A stretch of 63,947 bases of DNA, counting the filler, from Octopus bimaculoides (lineage: Eukaryota): NCBI RefSeq assembly GCF_001194135.2. It is 7 parts of 5 records of this genome, joined end to end, with 100 filler letters (N's around TTAATTAATTAA, not from the genome) between each part and the next. Parts side by side here need not be neighbours in the genome. Positions count along the whole stretch, not along the records: positions 1 to 28,727 come from NC_068984.1; positions 28,828 to 44,625 come from NC_068984.1; 5 more parts are not named here. One strand, 5' to 3'. Below, piece by piece: positions 23,854 through 36,640 of the stretch (the first letter of the stretch is position 1; the number at the start of each line of letters is the position of its first letter). A program made the position numbers and the translations under genes. The notes beneath the pieces were generated by a model. It did not search any database. It saw only the letters and a program-made list of their open reading frames with translations, and had not been told where the DNA came from.

Positions 23854-24424
23854 NNNNNNNNNNNNNNNNNNNNNNNNNNNNNNNNNNNNNNNNNNNNNNN
23901 NNNNNNNNNNNNNNNNNNNNNNNNNNNNNNNNNNNNNNNNNNNNNNNNNNNNNNNNNNNNNNNNNNNNNNNNNNNNNNNNNNNNNNNNNNNNNNNNNNNN
24001 NNNNNNNNNNNNNNNNNNNNNNNNNNNNNNNNNNNNNNNNNNNNNNNNNNNNNNNNNNNNNNNNNNNNNNNNNNNNNNNNNNNNNNNNNNNNNNNNNNNN
24101 NNNNNNNNNNNNNNNNNNNNNNNNNNNNNNNNNNNNNNNNNNNNNNNNNNNNNNNNNNNNNNNNNNNNNNNNNNNNNNNNNNNNNNNNNNNNNNNNNNNN
24201 NNNNNNNNNNNNNNNNNNNNNNNNNNNNNNNNNNNNNNNNNNNNNNNNNNNNNNNNNNNNNNNNNNNNNNNNNNNNNNNNNNNNNNNNNNNNNNNNNNNN
24301 NNNNNNNNNNNNNNNNNNNNNNNNNNNNNNNNNNNNNNNNNNNNNNNNNNNNNNNNNNNNNNNNNNNNNNNNNNNNNNNNNNNNNNNNNNNNNNNNNNNN
24401 NNNNCATCAAATGTAAATAATATT

Positions 24425-24878
24425 AATAATATCATGTACGTTGTTTTGTCTTGGTATAAAAGAGGAGCTACAGTAAATATTCTGCTCAAAACCACAGATT
24501 TGCTTGTCACTTGTCTGACCTTAACCAGTTGAGCATATCCCCTGACGATATATGCATTTCTGATCACGAGCAAAAGTGAGGGTGCATCATAGCTATGTAT
24601 TGAGAGAAATTCTTTGGGGTTTGAATAATTCACCTCTGGAAACATGGATGTTTCGTTCAATACCCTTAAACCACCCTTATTCAGGGATTTTTGAGTGGGA
24701 TGGTCTACTAGACCTGAACAAAATTCTAACTGAGCCCCAGTTCATGCACTGTTTATCTTGATATGAGATCACTATGTTGCACACACATGATCGTGATGCA
24801 TGTGCCTTATACCCTTATAATACCGGTAGTCATGATGGGTATACCCGGCTTGATGGCATGCACTACTCTCTCACTTAT

Positions 24879-24890
<12 letters not shown>
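24425..24890 (+). repeat. Interspersed repeat with (TAA)n tail, partial inverted copy at ~26495-26630
   Basis: atattctgctcaaaaccacagatttgcttgtcacttg...ttaaccagttgagcat matches the reverse complement at 26555-26622. Confidence 0.7.
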
Positions 24891-24915
<25 letters not shown>

Positions 24916-25261
24916 CTATTGTTTATTGGCCACAAGGGCCGAACACAAAAAGGAAAACCAAGGACAATGCAAAACAAGGGACACGTGGGGCTTAGCATAA
25001 TAATACGTGTATTCAATGAAACAATAATAATTAACAACAAAATTTAACATTATTTACATTATTTACGTTTGACAGATAGAACTTGGAATGTAATGACACA
25101 TGAAGTGCCCCTAAGCATTTTGCCCAGCATGCTAAAAATTTTGCCAGCTGCTGTCTTAAATGATACTACTACCACTACTTCTACTTCTACTACGACTACT
25201 ACTACTACTGATGATAATAATAATAATAATGATAATAATAATCCTTTCTATTATAGATACA

Positions 25262-25442
25262 AGGCCTGAAATTGTAGGAGAGTGGTAACCCCAGTGTTTC
25301 ACTGGTACTTAATTTATTGACCCTGAAAGGATGAAAGGCAAAATCAACCCTGGCAGAATTTGAACTCAGAACAGAGTGACAGCCAAAATACTGCTAAGCA
25401 TTTCGTCCAGCATGCTAACGGTCCTACCAGCTTGCTGCCTTA
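25262..25442 (-). mobile_element. SINE family C
   Basis: cctgaaaggatgaaaggcaaaatcaaccctggcagaatttgaactcagaac...ctaagcatttcgtccagcatgctaacg. Confidence 0.85.
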
Positions 25443-25479
25443 ATAATTATAATAATATTAATGTGTGATGATGATGATT

Positions 25480-25511
<32 letters not shown>

Positions 25512-27932
25512 AATGATGATGATATAATTAGTGGTGGAAGTTCATAGGTTCCATCTGAGAAGATTAAGACAAAAAAAAAATGTTACACAAAATCTTAAGT
25601 GAGTAAACTGAATATTAATGTGTTACAGTTGTAAAAGTGTTTCTAATGCCAAAGCATTTTCTCAAAGGAGACAATGCTTCGGCATTGAAATACTAATATA
25701 AGATTACATAAATACATACAACCATACATACATACATACATTGCAAGCATAGAAACGGGCGGACAGACAAACAGACTGTATGTATAATTATGTGGTTAAA
25801 CAAATTTGTCAGTTTCCTAATTAAATTTTTTCTAAATTAATTAGAATTTCACCTTCATTATTTATAATTCTTTCAAAAGGACATGTGTTTTTTTTTTGTT
25901 AAAGAGTAAGATATATTTGAATAATATAAGACTGGATAATGCTTCATTCCTTTCTTTCATTCTTCCTTTTTAATCCAAACTGTGATATATTACTGCTGCT
26001 GTAAATACTTACTTAGAGGAAGAATGTAGATCATGACAAACCCAACAGAGTAATTGCCACAATACATCTAATTAAACATTTTGCAAAAAGAAATTATATT
26101 CACAAGAGAACACTCAAAGAGATGACCTTTATTTGAAGATTATAAAATTTCTCTTGTAAGGGTCTCATTAGAATGATTACAGAATGGAAAACTGCATCAG
26201 AGAAGCAGCTCATCCATCATATTCAATATTAGAATAATTTCACTGTGAAATACCACAAGACTTGTTAAACTGCTAATTTTATATTCTCTGGCAACAGAAA
26301 GCATATATGTAAACAAACAAATGAAACTTGATGAAATAAATAACAATGTGTAACACAATTTTTGTCCTTATGTAGCAACTGTTATTTCCTAGTTGCTTTC
26401 CCCTAGAAAGTATGAAATATGGCTAATATTTTCTTCAAATTTTGCTTTTGTTACATTTATTCAAACCTCAAAGAATCCCTCTCAACACATGACTATGATG
26501 CTGCACCACTACTCCTGCTCAGGATCAGAGATGTACATACTGTCAGCCACTAAGGGACATGCTCAAGTGGTTAAGCTCAAGCAAGTGACAAGCAAATCTG
26601 TGGTGTTGAGCAGAATATTTGCTATGATGATATTTCTGCTTCATCAGCTCAGGGCTGAATCTGTCTGAAATGTAATGGAAAATAGGTCACAAAAGCAAAG
26701 TATAAAAAGAATAACAATAATTTCCTTTAATTTCTAGATAGAGGCAAATAGGAAATAACACTTACTGACCAAAAACAAAACAAAAAAAGAAAAAAAAACG
26801 AAAAAGAAAATAGATAAATTAAAAATTTGTTACATAATGTAATTTTGTTGAAATTGAATACTGAAGCTGGATTCTTTTATTGGAAATTTAGAGAGTTCTA
26901 TGGGAATATGAATGTTACCCACATTGTATGCCCTTTCACTCTAGATTCTACACAAACCCATTCTTTTCTTTGCAGAATATTATAACTTTCAAATCTCTTT
27001 CTTTCCTTTCATCTTTTAGTTTTTCCTCTAACAATTAAGTTATTCAGTAGAAACATAAAAAAAATGTCCCTCTCAATATTCCCAGTGGGGATAGTGGATA
27101 CAAACCTTTTCTTTACATCAATTCATTCAAAACTTGAACAAAGCTTCAGTGAACACTTGTCTAATGTCCCAAGAAATATCTGGGTATGATTTTAAACGGA
27201 ATCCAGTGGTGGCACCCTAGTTGAAGAATTTCAGGGTTCTGAGGAATGTAGATTAAATTATGAGATTAAATTGCACCTCTTCGCCATTATTGATCTCAGG
27301 TCTACTCAGCCCCAGAGTAATAGTGCTTGTCAGGGCCCTAGCTGTGGATTAAATTGCCATTTAGTTCGACAGAATAAGCTTATTATCCTCGTAGTGATGT
27401 GATGGAGGACAACCCATCCAAGGGAAGGGAAACCCTGATTCTGAGCTTAATGGAATGGGGAGAAATAGAGAGGAAAAAGGAGGAGAGAGAGTAGAGAGGA
27501 CAAGAGAGACAGTAAGAAGGGGAGATAGGGAGACATAAAGGGTGACATAGAGGGAGAGGGAAGAGAAAGAGAGAGAAAGAGAAAGACTAGTTATGAGATT
27601 AAATTGCACAATTATTAATCACACGTACAGCTAATCAATTGAACTCATCCTTTTTACTATAGCTTTACACAAGATTCATTTAATGAAGAAAATCTCCGAC
27701 AAAGCATTCTGAATGAAATGTTAGGCTTCTCTTCTTCCTGATGGCATAACATCCATTTTATTGATTAATATTCATGTACATACGCACATACAAGGCATAC
27801 ATACATATATACACACACACACATACACACATTGATACATGCATGCAAAAATGTATGTGCATATATATATGTATATACATATACACACACACAAACATAC
27901 ATTTACATATATACATACATACATACATACAA

Positions 27933-27971
<39 letters not shown>

Positions 27972-27997
27972 TGTATGTATGTGCATATATATGCATG

Positions 27998-28065
<68 letters not shown>

Positions 28066-28447
28066 TACACACATATATATATACATATATATATACACAC
28101 ATGTATATATACATGTATATTCTTTTAATGGCCGAGTACTCTTAATACTATATGTATGGCTTCATGTGAATATATTTGCAGTTATTCAATTGTGGCTCGA
28201 ATAATTGTGAATATATTTACATGAAACCATTGGAATCATATTAACAGTACTTTATTATTGAAAGGAATATTTCACATATATCATCATCACCCTCATCATC
28301 TGCAACGTCATCAATTTAAAGATCAATATTCTGTTCTTGCAATGTGAAAACAAGGAAACACAAATGCATACACACACACATACATATACAGGCACACATG
28401 CACACATGCACACACAAACACACACACAATCACACGCACACACACAT

Positions 28448-28512
28448 TAAGGTGTTGCTCCAGTATGGCTGCAGTCAAATGATTGAAACAAGTAAAAATA
28501 ATAGAATAAAAG
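28448..28512 (+). mobile_element. SINE family A tail
   Basis: aaggtgttgctccagtatggctgcagtcaaatgattgaaacaagtaaaa. Confidence 0.8.
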
Positions 28513-28530
28513 AATATATATATATATATA

Positions 28531-28727
28531 TCATCATCATCATCATCATCATCGTTTAACGTCCGCTTTCCATGCTAGCATGGGTTGGACGATTTGACTG
28601 AGGACTGGTGAAATCGGATGGCAACACCAGGCTCCAGTCTGATTTGGCAGAGTTTCTACAGCTGGATGCCCTTCCTAACGCCAACCACTCAGAGAGTGTA
28701 GTGAGTGCTTTTACGTGTCACCCACAA
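28531..28727 (-). mobile_element. Family B (RTE 3' end) copy with CpGs intact
   Basis: (cat)n-cgtttaacgtccgctttccatgctagcatgggttggacg...ctggatgcccttcctaacgccaacc. Confidence 0.85.
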
Positions 28728-28771
28728 NNNNNNNNNNNNNNNNNNNNNNNNNNNNNNNNNNNNNNNNNNNN

Positions 28772-28783
28772 TTAATTAATTAA
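28772..28783. other. Assembly linker TTAATTAATTAA inside a 100-bp placeholder gap (also 44670, 50096, 56046, 60693, 62747)
   Basis: The same palindromic 12-mer with stops in all six frames occurs six times, each between N-runs (44 N + 12 + 44 N where counted). Confidence 0.9.
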
Positions 28784-28827
28784 NNNNNNNNNNNNNNNNN
28801 NNNNNNNNNNNNNNNNNNNNNNNNNNN

Positions 28828-28864
<37 letters not shown>

Positions 28865-28872
28865 GCACACAC

Positions 28873-29023
28873 TTTCTATTTCCATTTACCAAATCCGCTC
28901 ACAAGGATTTATTTAGCCAAGGGCTATAATAGAAGACACTTACCCAAGGTGCCATACAGTGGAACTGAACCCGGAACCATGTCATTGGAAAGTAAACCTC
29001 TTAGCACACTACCACGCCTGCAC
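28873..29023 (-). mobile_element. SINE family A 5' half
   Basis: tttccatttaccaaatccgctcacaagg...gaagacacttacccaaggtgcc...cactaccacgcctgcacc. Confidence 0.85.
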
Positions 29024-29314
29024 CTATATAAGTTCATGCGTATGTGTGTGTACGGACGTGTGTATATGTGTGTTATATTATACAGTATTATACTGTATAA
29101 ATAATATAACCATTCTATTACCTAATACACGAACTTGTTCTTATTTTCTGGCTTACAAAAGTCTTCTTAGATACATACACATACACGCATACATATACGT
29201 GATGAGGATTCAGTGACCCTCTGTGCCTATTTTCCCTTTGTTCTTACATTTATGACGTGTCTTTAACTTATATATAAGATCGGAAAAGCNNNNNNNNNNG
29301 ATACTTAGATATGT

Positions 29315-29353
<39 letters not shown>

Positions 29354-30262
29354 CCCGCGCACACACTCGCACACACATATATGCACACATGCTTTCGTTA
29401 ACATTTCTTGCACTCCTCGGTACCTCCTGACATATAACACATGCAGTGTTCCTTAACATTATCCAGGGTTTTTTTTTTTTCCATGATCTTTTGTTTTTAC
29501 CGCAGATTATTTCCCTTACACATCTGTAACCTCATCGCTTCGCTTTTTCATATTCAGCTGCATTTGTTTTACCGAAGTTAGTTCTGGCTTATTATTTATT
29601 GCCAAACGTTGCTAAATATTTTAGTGCGTGTACATGGAATAGATGGTGTGCTTGTGTGGTTGTTGTAGTGAGCGCTGACGTATGCATTTGAATGTACTTA
29701 TGTGTGTTTTTTGGGTGTGTTTGTATGCATGGTGACATGTAATATATATATATATAAATTTCGAAACGCCAGTGTTATAATGGTGGCAGCTGATGAAGGA
29801 AATGTTCTCTATGTGGCGTGTGCGTTTTCTGTACCCTATTTATCATTTTGTTCATGTTTTTCTGCAACGTCATGCACCCAGATATGCATCTATATATACA
29901 TGTAGATGAAGGTATGTACATACATGTACACATATATGCATATACTCATATATATNNNNNNNNNNNNNNNNNNNNNNNNNNNNNNNNNNNNNNNNNNNNN
30001 NNNNNNNNNNNNNNNNNNNNNNNNNNNNNNNNNNNNNNNNNNNNNNNNNNNNNNNNNNNNNNNNNNNNNNNNNNNNNNNNNNNNNNNNNNNNNNNNNNNN
30101 NNNNNNNNNNNNNNNNNNNNNNNNNNNNNNNNNNNNNNNNNNNATATATATATACATATATATATGTATGTATGTATGTATATATATATATATATACATA
30201 CATACATATATATACACACACATACATACATATGTATATAAAGGGAGATAAAGAGAAAAGCT

Positions 30263-30308
<46 letters not shown>

Positions 30309-30521
30309 AAGCTTTAGTAAAGATTTCAAGATATTCTTGCCTTTTTCTTCATTGGAATATGTTCCTTATACTGATTTTATTGTTGGGAACCAGCAAAAAT
30401 CTTCATTGAAGAAATATTAGATGCCAACTACAACTTTTCCAAAACTTTCCGAAATTTAAACAAGAACAAACAAGTATCAATTTTTCTGCATATTTGATTG
30501 TCTGTTTCTCTGACTATTTGC

Positions 30522-30607
<86 letters not shown>

Positions 30608-31104
30608 GTTTGTCTGTCTGTCTATTTTCTACTTGCTAACATGAAACACAAAACATGGATATATATATTTATATACGCACAAGCAAGCTCACATATAAAT
30701 ACTCTTTTAACATATGTAAACACCACAACAACACTCAAATACATCCTACACGCTCAAAAAATACATTACGCACACACACACACACATACGTACACACACA
30801 CACGTACACACACACACGTACACACACACACGTACACACACACATACACACGAGTCTATACTTACCATAAAACAGAGTTTAGCAATACAAAATAAACAAG
30901 CCATAACTTTGGCAAAATAACCTCAGCTGAATAAGGAAAGCTCATATGATGAGTTTACAGATGCGAATAAAAAATTTTCTGTTGTAGGATTAAAAAAAAT
31001 TAAAATCTGAAAGTGTGAAGAAACAATGTGTGTGTTATATACGGTAAGGTACAAGAAAATTTAGCTGTCATCAAGAAAATTTAGCTGTGTGCGTGTGTGT
31101 GTGC

Positions 31105-31150
<46 letters not shown>

Positions 31151-31152
31151 AA

Positions 31153-31445
31153 AGGTTCATGACTCAGTGGCTAGAATGTTGCACTCATGATCTTGCGATC
31201 GTGGTTTCGATTCCCATCCCGGCAGTACATTGTGTTCTGGGGCAAAACATTGATTTTAAATAACTCCAGCCTGCTCAGCTGTAAAAGGGTAACCATGAGA
31301 CGGAATGGTATTCCGTTTAGGAAGAATATTGGCCTGCCTGTCTAAGCAGCGTGATGGCATCTTTTGAAAGCTAAAACAATGCGAGGAAACGTATTGTGGT
31401 CATCGGAGTATAACAGGCATCTGATAGTTTGGTTGATACAGTGAC
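31153..31445 (+). mobile_element. tRNA-headed SINE of a separate family
   Basis: A-box-like gactcagtgg and B-box ggtttcgattcc, followed by a non-tRNA body. Confidence 0.65.
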
Positions 31446-33574
31446 TGATCTAAAACAATCGGTTTCGCACTGGGTATTAAACCAGATATTAGATAACAGC
31501 ACGGTTAAGCACTGGCCTGAAGAGCGTGTGGTGATACTTAACACTGTTGTTATCTGACTGGTATGATCTGTCGTTATGGGTATATAATGCTGTACTCTTT
31601 GATTAATAAACACACACGCACACACACACACACACACACAGTAGATAAAATCCAAGCTACATACGGTTCATAGATAGCGGAACCTCGGAAATAGTAAATT
31701 TATCTTCTACGGATTGCTTGAAACGCATTAACGTCCTACACTTTGATCCTTGAATCTTACCTTTATGTATATATATATATATATATATATNNNNNNNNNN
31801 NNNNNNNNNNNNNNNNNNNNNNNNNNNNNNNNNNNNNNNNNNNNNNNNNNNNNNNNNNNNNNNNNNNNNNNNNNNNNNNNNNNNNNNNNNNNNNNNNNNN
31901 NNNNNNNNNNNNNNNNNNNNNNNNNNNNNNNNNNNNNNNNNNNNNNNNNNNNNNNNNNNNNNNNNNNNNNNNNNNNNNNNNNNNNNNNNNNNNNNNNNNN
32001 NNNNNNNNNNNNNNNNNNNNNNNNNNNNNNNNNNNNNNNNNNNNNNNNNNNNNNNNNNNNNNNNNNNNNNNNNNNNNNNNNNNNNNNNNNNNNNNNNNNN
32101 NNNNNNNNNNNNNNNNNNNNNNNNNNNNNNNNNNNNNNNNNNNNNNNNNNNNNNNNNNNNNNNNNNNNNNNNNNNNNNNNNNNNNNNNNNNNNNNNNNNN
32201 NNNNNNNNNNNNNNNNNNNNNNNNNNNNNNNNNNNNNNNNNNNNNNNNNNNNNNNNNNNNNNNNNNNNNNNNNNNNNNNNNNNNNNNNNNNNNNNNNNNN
32301 NNNNNNNNNNNNNNNNNNNNNNNNNNNNNNNNNNNNNNNNNNNNNNNNNNNNNNNNNNNNNNNNNNNNNNNNNNNNNNNNNNNNNNNNNNNNNNNNNNNN
32401 NNNNNNNNNNNNNNNNNNNNNNNNNNNNNNNNNNNNNNNNNNNNNNNNNNNNNNNNNNNNNNNNNNNNNNNNNNNNNNNNNNNNNNNNNNNNNNNNNNNN
32501 NNNNNNNNNNNNNNNNNNNNNNNNNNNNNNNNNNNNNNNNNNNNNNNNNNNNNNNNNNNNNNNNNNNNNNNATATATATATATATATATATATATATATA
32601 CTACAGATGTCATACATGCAAGGTTCTGATTGCGTAGAGTTTGTGACGACATTTGTTTCACTGGAATTGCTTGCATGCCTGTAAGATACTTTCTATTGCT
32701 ATTGCTACTCTAAGAAGAAATTGTTTTCTGATTAACACAGTTGGGAACTATACATTTCTCAAAGGAAGCATAACACTCGGAATGAATAGAATTCTTGTTT
32801 GTCATGAGGGCTTTCAGTTATGATGTTTACCTTAATAGTTTTTTGCTAGAATGTTTCCAGTAACTAAACGTGCACCATTAGACATCCCGTTAGCTTGGAC
32901 AGTTGTACATGACAGAATAATTACGCATTGATGGAAAACCTGAAACATTTAAGCGGTATTTGGTATTTAAGTATTTTGCAGTGAATTTAGGAATACAATT
33001 CTGATGTGAACATCCACCATAGCTGAATAGCGCTCTTTTATCAATTTTAAACTGTTTTAACATTTTCTCATTGATGAGATCAAAATCGACATTTCTAAGC
33101 TGTAAAACGACTATCTTGGAAAAGCTTTCTGCCTCGGCTCTTCAATGCATCCCTTTATGACATTACTATGAAAGATGAAAAAAAGGAAGAAGAAAAAACA
33201 CAATTTAATGAAGTCAATTAAATTGTTAATAGTAATACTACCCTGAGTCAAATTAATTGCACCGTTTGGTTGGCCGTACCTGAGTCATAATTTTCTATGT
33301 AAAGTTCGAAGTTGTTGAATCAATTTTGTTGTTCGTTTAATACTTGAGAATTTTGAGTGGAATTTCAGCTACATGTTTCCTGTTAATTCTTTTGTTTCTT
33401 TTTTTTTTTTTTTTTACATATCTCGGCAAAAATGAATTATTGAAATTGGCATATATGTCCTTAGCACATGCCCACGAACGGAAATGAATCGGACTGTTGA
33501 CTTTTTCGAGATACGTACCTCGCTTTCAAGTGTTGCATACTCATGTAATATTGGTTTTCAAGTTTTGTAGGAAG

Positions 33575-33755
33575 GCCAATAATTTCAGGGAAGCGGGTAA
33601 GTCAATTACATTGAACCTAATGCTAAAATATTACTCATTTTATCGACCCCAAAAAGGATGAAAGCCGACCTTAGCGGAAAGTCGACCTTAGCGGAATTTG
33701 AACGCAGAACAAAAAGGACGAAATGCTGCTAAGCATCTTGCCCGGCGTGCTGACG
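33575..33755 (-). mobile_element. SINE family C with short internal duplication
   Basis: tttatcgacccc...gaccttagcggaa (twice)...tttgaacgcagaac...gctaagcatcttgcccggcgtgctgacg. Confidence 0.8.
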
Positions 33756-33833
33756 GGCAAGATGTTTTTATTTAATTATTTATAATAATAATAATAATAA
33801 TAATAATTATTATTATTATTATTATCATTATTA

Positions 33834-33871
<38 letters not shown>

Positions 33872-35563
33872 TGCTTATTTCGAAATATATGTATTGTTAC
33901 CCTATATATAACAGCAAGCCTATATGAATAATATTGGCGTTTCGTCCGGTCTAAAAATTAGTAGGAAGTAATGTAAACGATGGCTAAATTAAAAAATACT
34001 GAAAATGAAATATTGTCGCAATTACAACGTGGAAGACATACATTAGCAAATTGGAAACATACAAAAATGGTTAACTTCATTTAATCCTTTAGATAAAAAA
34101 AATGACAAATGAAATTTTAATTTTCTGAACGAAAGTTTTAATTAACAAATGAACTGTTATAATAACGACCAAAAGGAAAAAAATGTTTTATGATAAAATT
34201 ATTTTGTAACAAGACAAAGGATTTATTTTTTCTTTAAAACGGACCAGAGAGAAACGAAATATTTTAGACGATTGTTAAAACGACAGATCATCTTGCTTCA
34301 GAAGACTCTAAGTGTAGATTTTTATTACGTAGCTGCTATTTCTAGAACGTAGTGTGGCCACTGAGGCACTTCTGTGTTTACAATGCACAAATGGATGGTG
34401 GGAATTTGTAATGTGGAAGAAGAAAGATGAAAATGACAATATGCACAACGAAAGTATTTTATTAACTGAATATTTTAATTCTCACAGCGACCGAAGAAAG
34501 CGTAGCATACAAAAAAAAAACAGTTAAGAAAGGTCGAGGAATGTGAATAATCAATGCAAACAAGGCGGGACTGAGTTCTGCATGAGAAATGCTGAACAGA
34601 AGCAAAAAAAAAAAAAAAAAAAANNNNNNNNNNNNNNNNNNNNNNNNNNNNNNNNNNNNNNNNNNNNNNNNNNNNNNNNNNNNNNNNNNNNNNNNNNNNN
34701 NNNNNNNNNNNNNNNNNNNNNNNNNNNNNNNNNNNNNNNNNNNNNNNNNNNNNNNNNNNNNNNNNNNNNNNNNNNNNNNNNNNNNNNNNNNNNNNNNNNN
34801 NNNNNNNNNNNNNNNNNNNNNNNNNNNNNNNNNNNNNNNNNNNNNNNNNNNNNNNNNNNNNNNNNNNNNNNNNNNNNNNNNNNNNNNNNNNNNNNNNNNN
34901 NNNNNNNNNNNNNNNNNNNNNNNNNNNNNNNNNNNNNNNNNNNNNNNNNNNNNNNNNNNNNNNNNNNNNNNNNNNNNNNNNNNNNNNNNNNNNNNNNNNN
35001 NNNNNNNNNNNNNNNNNNNNNNNNNNNNNNNNNNNNNNNNNNNNNNNNNNNNNNNNNNNNNNNNNNNNNNNNNNNNNNNNNNNNNNNNNNNNNNNNNNNN
35101 NNNNNNNNNNNNNNNNNNNNNNNNNNNNNNNNNNNNNNNNNNNNNNNNNNNNNNNNNNNNNNNNNNNNNNNNNNNNNNNNNNNNNNNNNNNNNNNNNNNN
35201 NNNNNNNNNNNNNNNNNNNNNNNNNNNNNNNNNNNNNNNNNNNNNNNNNNNNNNNNNNNNNNNNNNNNNNNNNNNNNNNNNNNNNNNNNNNNNNNNNNNN
35301 NNNNNNNNNNNNNNNNNNNNNNNNNNNNNNNNNNNNNNNNNNNNNNNNNNNNNNNNNNNNNNNNNNNNNNNNNNNNNNNNNNNNNNNNNNNNNNNNNNNN
35401 NNNNNNNNNNNNNNNNNNNNNNNNNNNNNNNNNNNNNNNNNNNNNNNNCCCCACACACATACCCCCCCACACACACACATACCCCACACACACACATACC
35501 CCCCACACACACATACATTCGCTCGCGCATACACGCACATATATATAATTGTGTGTATGTATA

Positions 35564-35599
<36 letters not shown>

Positions 35600-35689
35600 T
35601 GTATGTATGTATGTATGCATGCATGCATGTATGCATGTATGTATGCATGTATGTATGTATGTATATATGTATGTATGCATGTATGTATG

Positions 35690-35785
35690 TATACGATGGG
35701 CTTCTCTCAGCTTCCGTCTACAAAATCTCCGCACAAGGCTTTGATCGGAACTTGAAATTCTGTGGTTGGAAAGCAAACTTCTTAT
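35690..35785 (-). mobile_element. SINE family A fragment
   Basis: acgatgggcttctctcagcttccgtctacaaaatctccgcacaaggcttt. Confidence 0.75.
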
Positions 35786-36226
35786 GTACGAATAGAAGTA
35801 ACAACAATGCAAGAACTAAAATCCTCACAGTAGTTTACTCAAGTTTCGGCATATCATTTATTCGTCTGTTTAAAAAACTGAAAAGAAAAATCTTGCTGGT
35901 TAACATCGTGATGCTTGTGTGTTTATGTACATATAATATATTAAAACATACACAGCGACTTCACTTTAAGGATTATATTATGTACGCTGTGTAACAGCCA
36001 ATTCTTTCTTACGCATGAGGTCCTGGAATAATCGGGTGATTTAATGAATATAAAGAAAAGAAAAAAATATACAGGCTATGGTTGTGTGTGTGAGTGAGTG
36101 TCTGTGTGTGTGTGTGAGTGAGTGTTTGTGTGTGTGCGTGTGTGTTATGTGTGTGACTGAGTTTGTATATCTATCTATCGATCTATCTATATATACATAT
36201 ACATATACATACATACATACATACAT

Positions 36227-36283
<57 letters not shown>

Positions 36284-36590
36284 NNNNNNNNNNNNNNNNN
36301 NNNNNNNNNNNNNNNNNNNNNNNNNNNNNNNNNNNNNNNNNNNNNNNNNNNNNNNNNNNNNNNNNNNNNNNNNNNNNNNNNNNNNNNNNNNNNNNNNNNN
36401 NNNNNNNNNNNNNNNNNNNNNNNNNNNNNNNNNNNNNNNNNNNNNNNNNNNNNNNNNNNNNNNNNNNNNNNNNNNNNNNNNNNNNNNNNNNNNNNNNNNN
36501 NNNNNNNNNNNNNNNNNNNNNNNNNNNNNNNNNNNNNNNNNNNNNNNNNNNNNNNNNNNNNNNNNNNNNNNNNNNNNNNNNNNNNNNNNN

Positions 36591-36640
<50 letters not shown>

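Noticed and set aside
26013-26067. Possible 55-bp minus-strand exon with a strong gtaagt donor
   Set aside because: The acceptor is weak and none of the three frames is recognisable.
32890-33140. ~83-codon stop-free minus-strand frame (LRNVDFDLINEK...)
   Set aside because: Several frames of this length are expected by chance in the window, and there is no homology cue or good donor.
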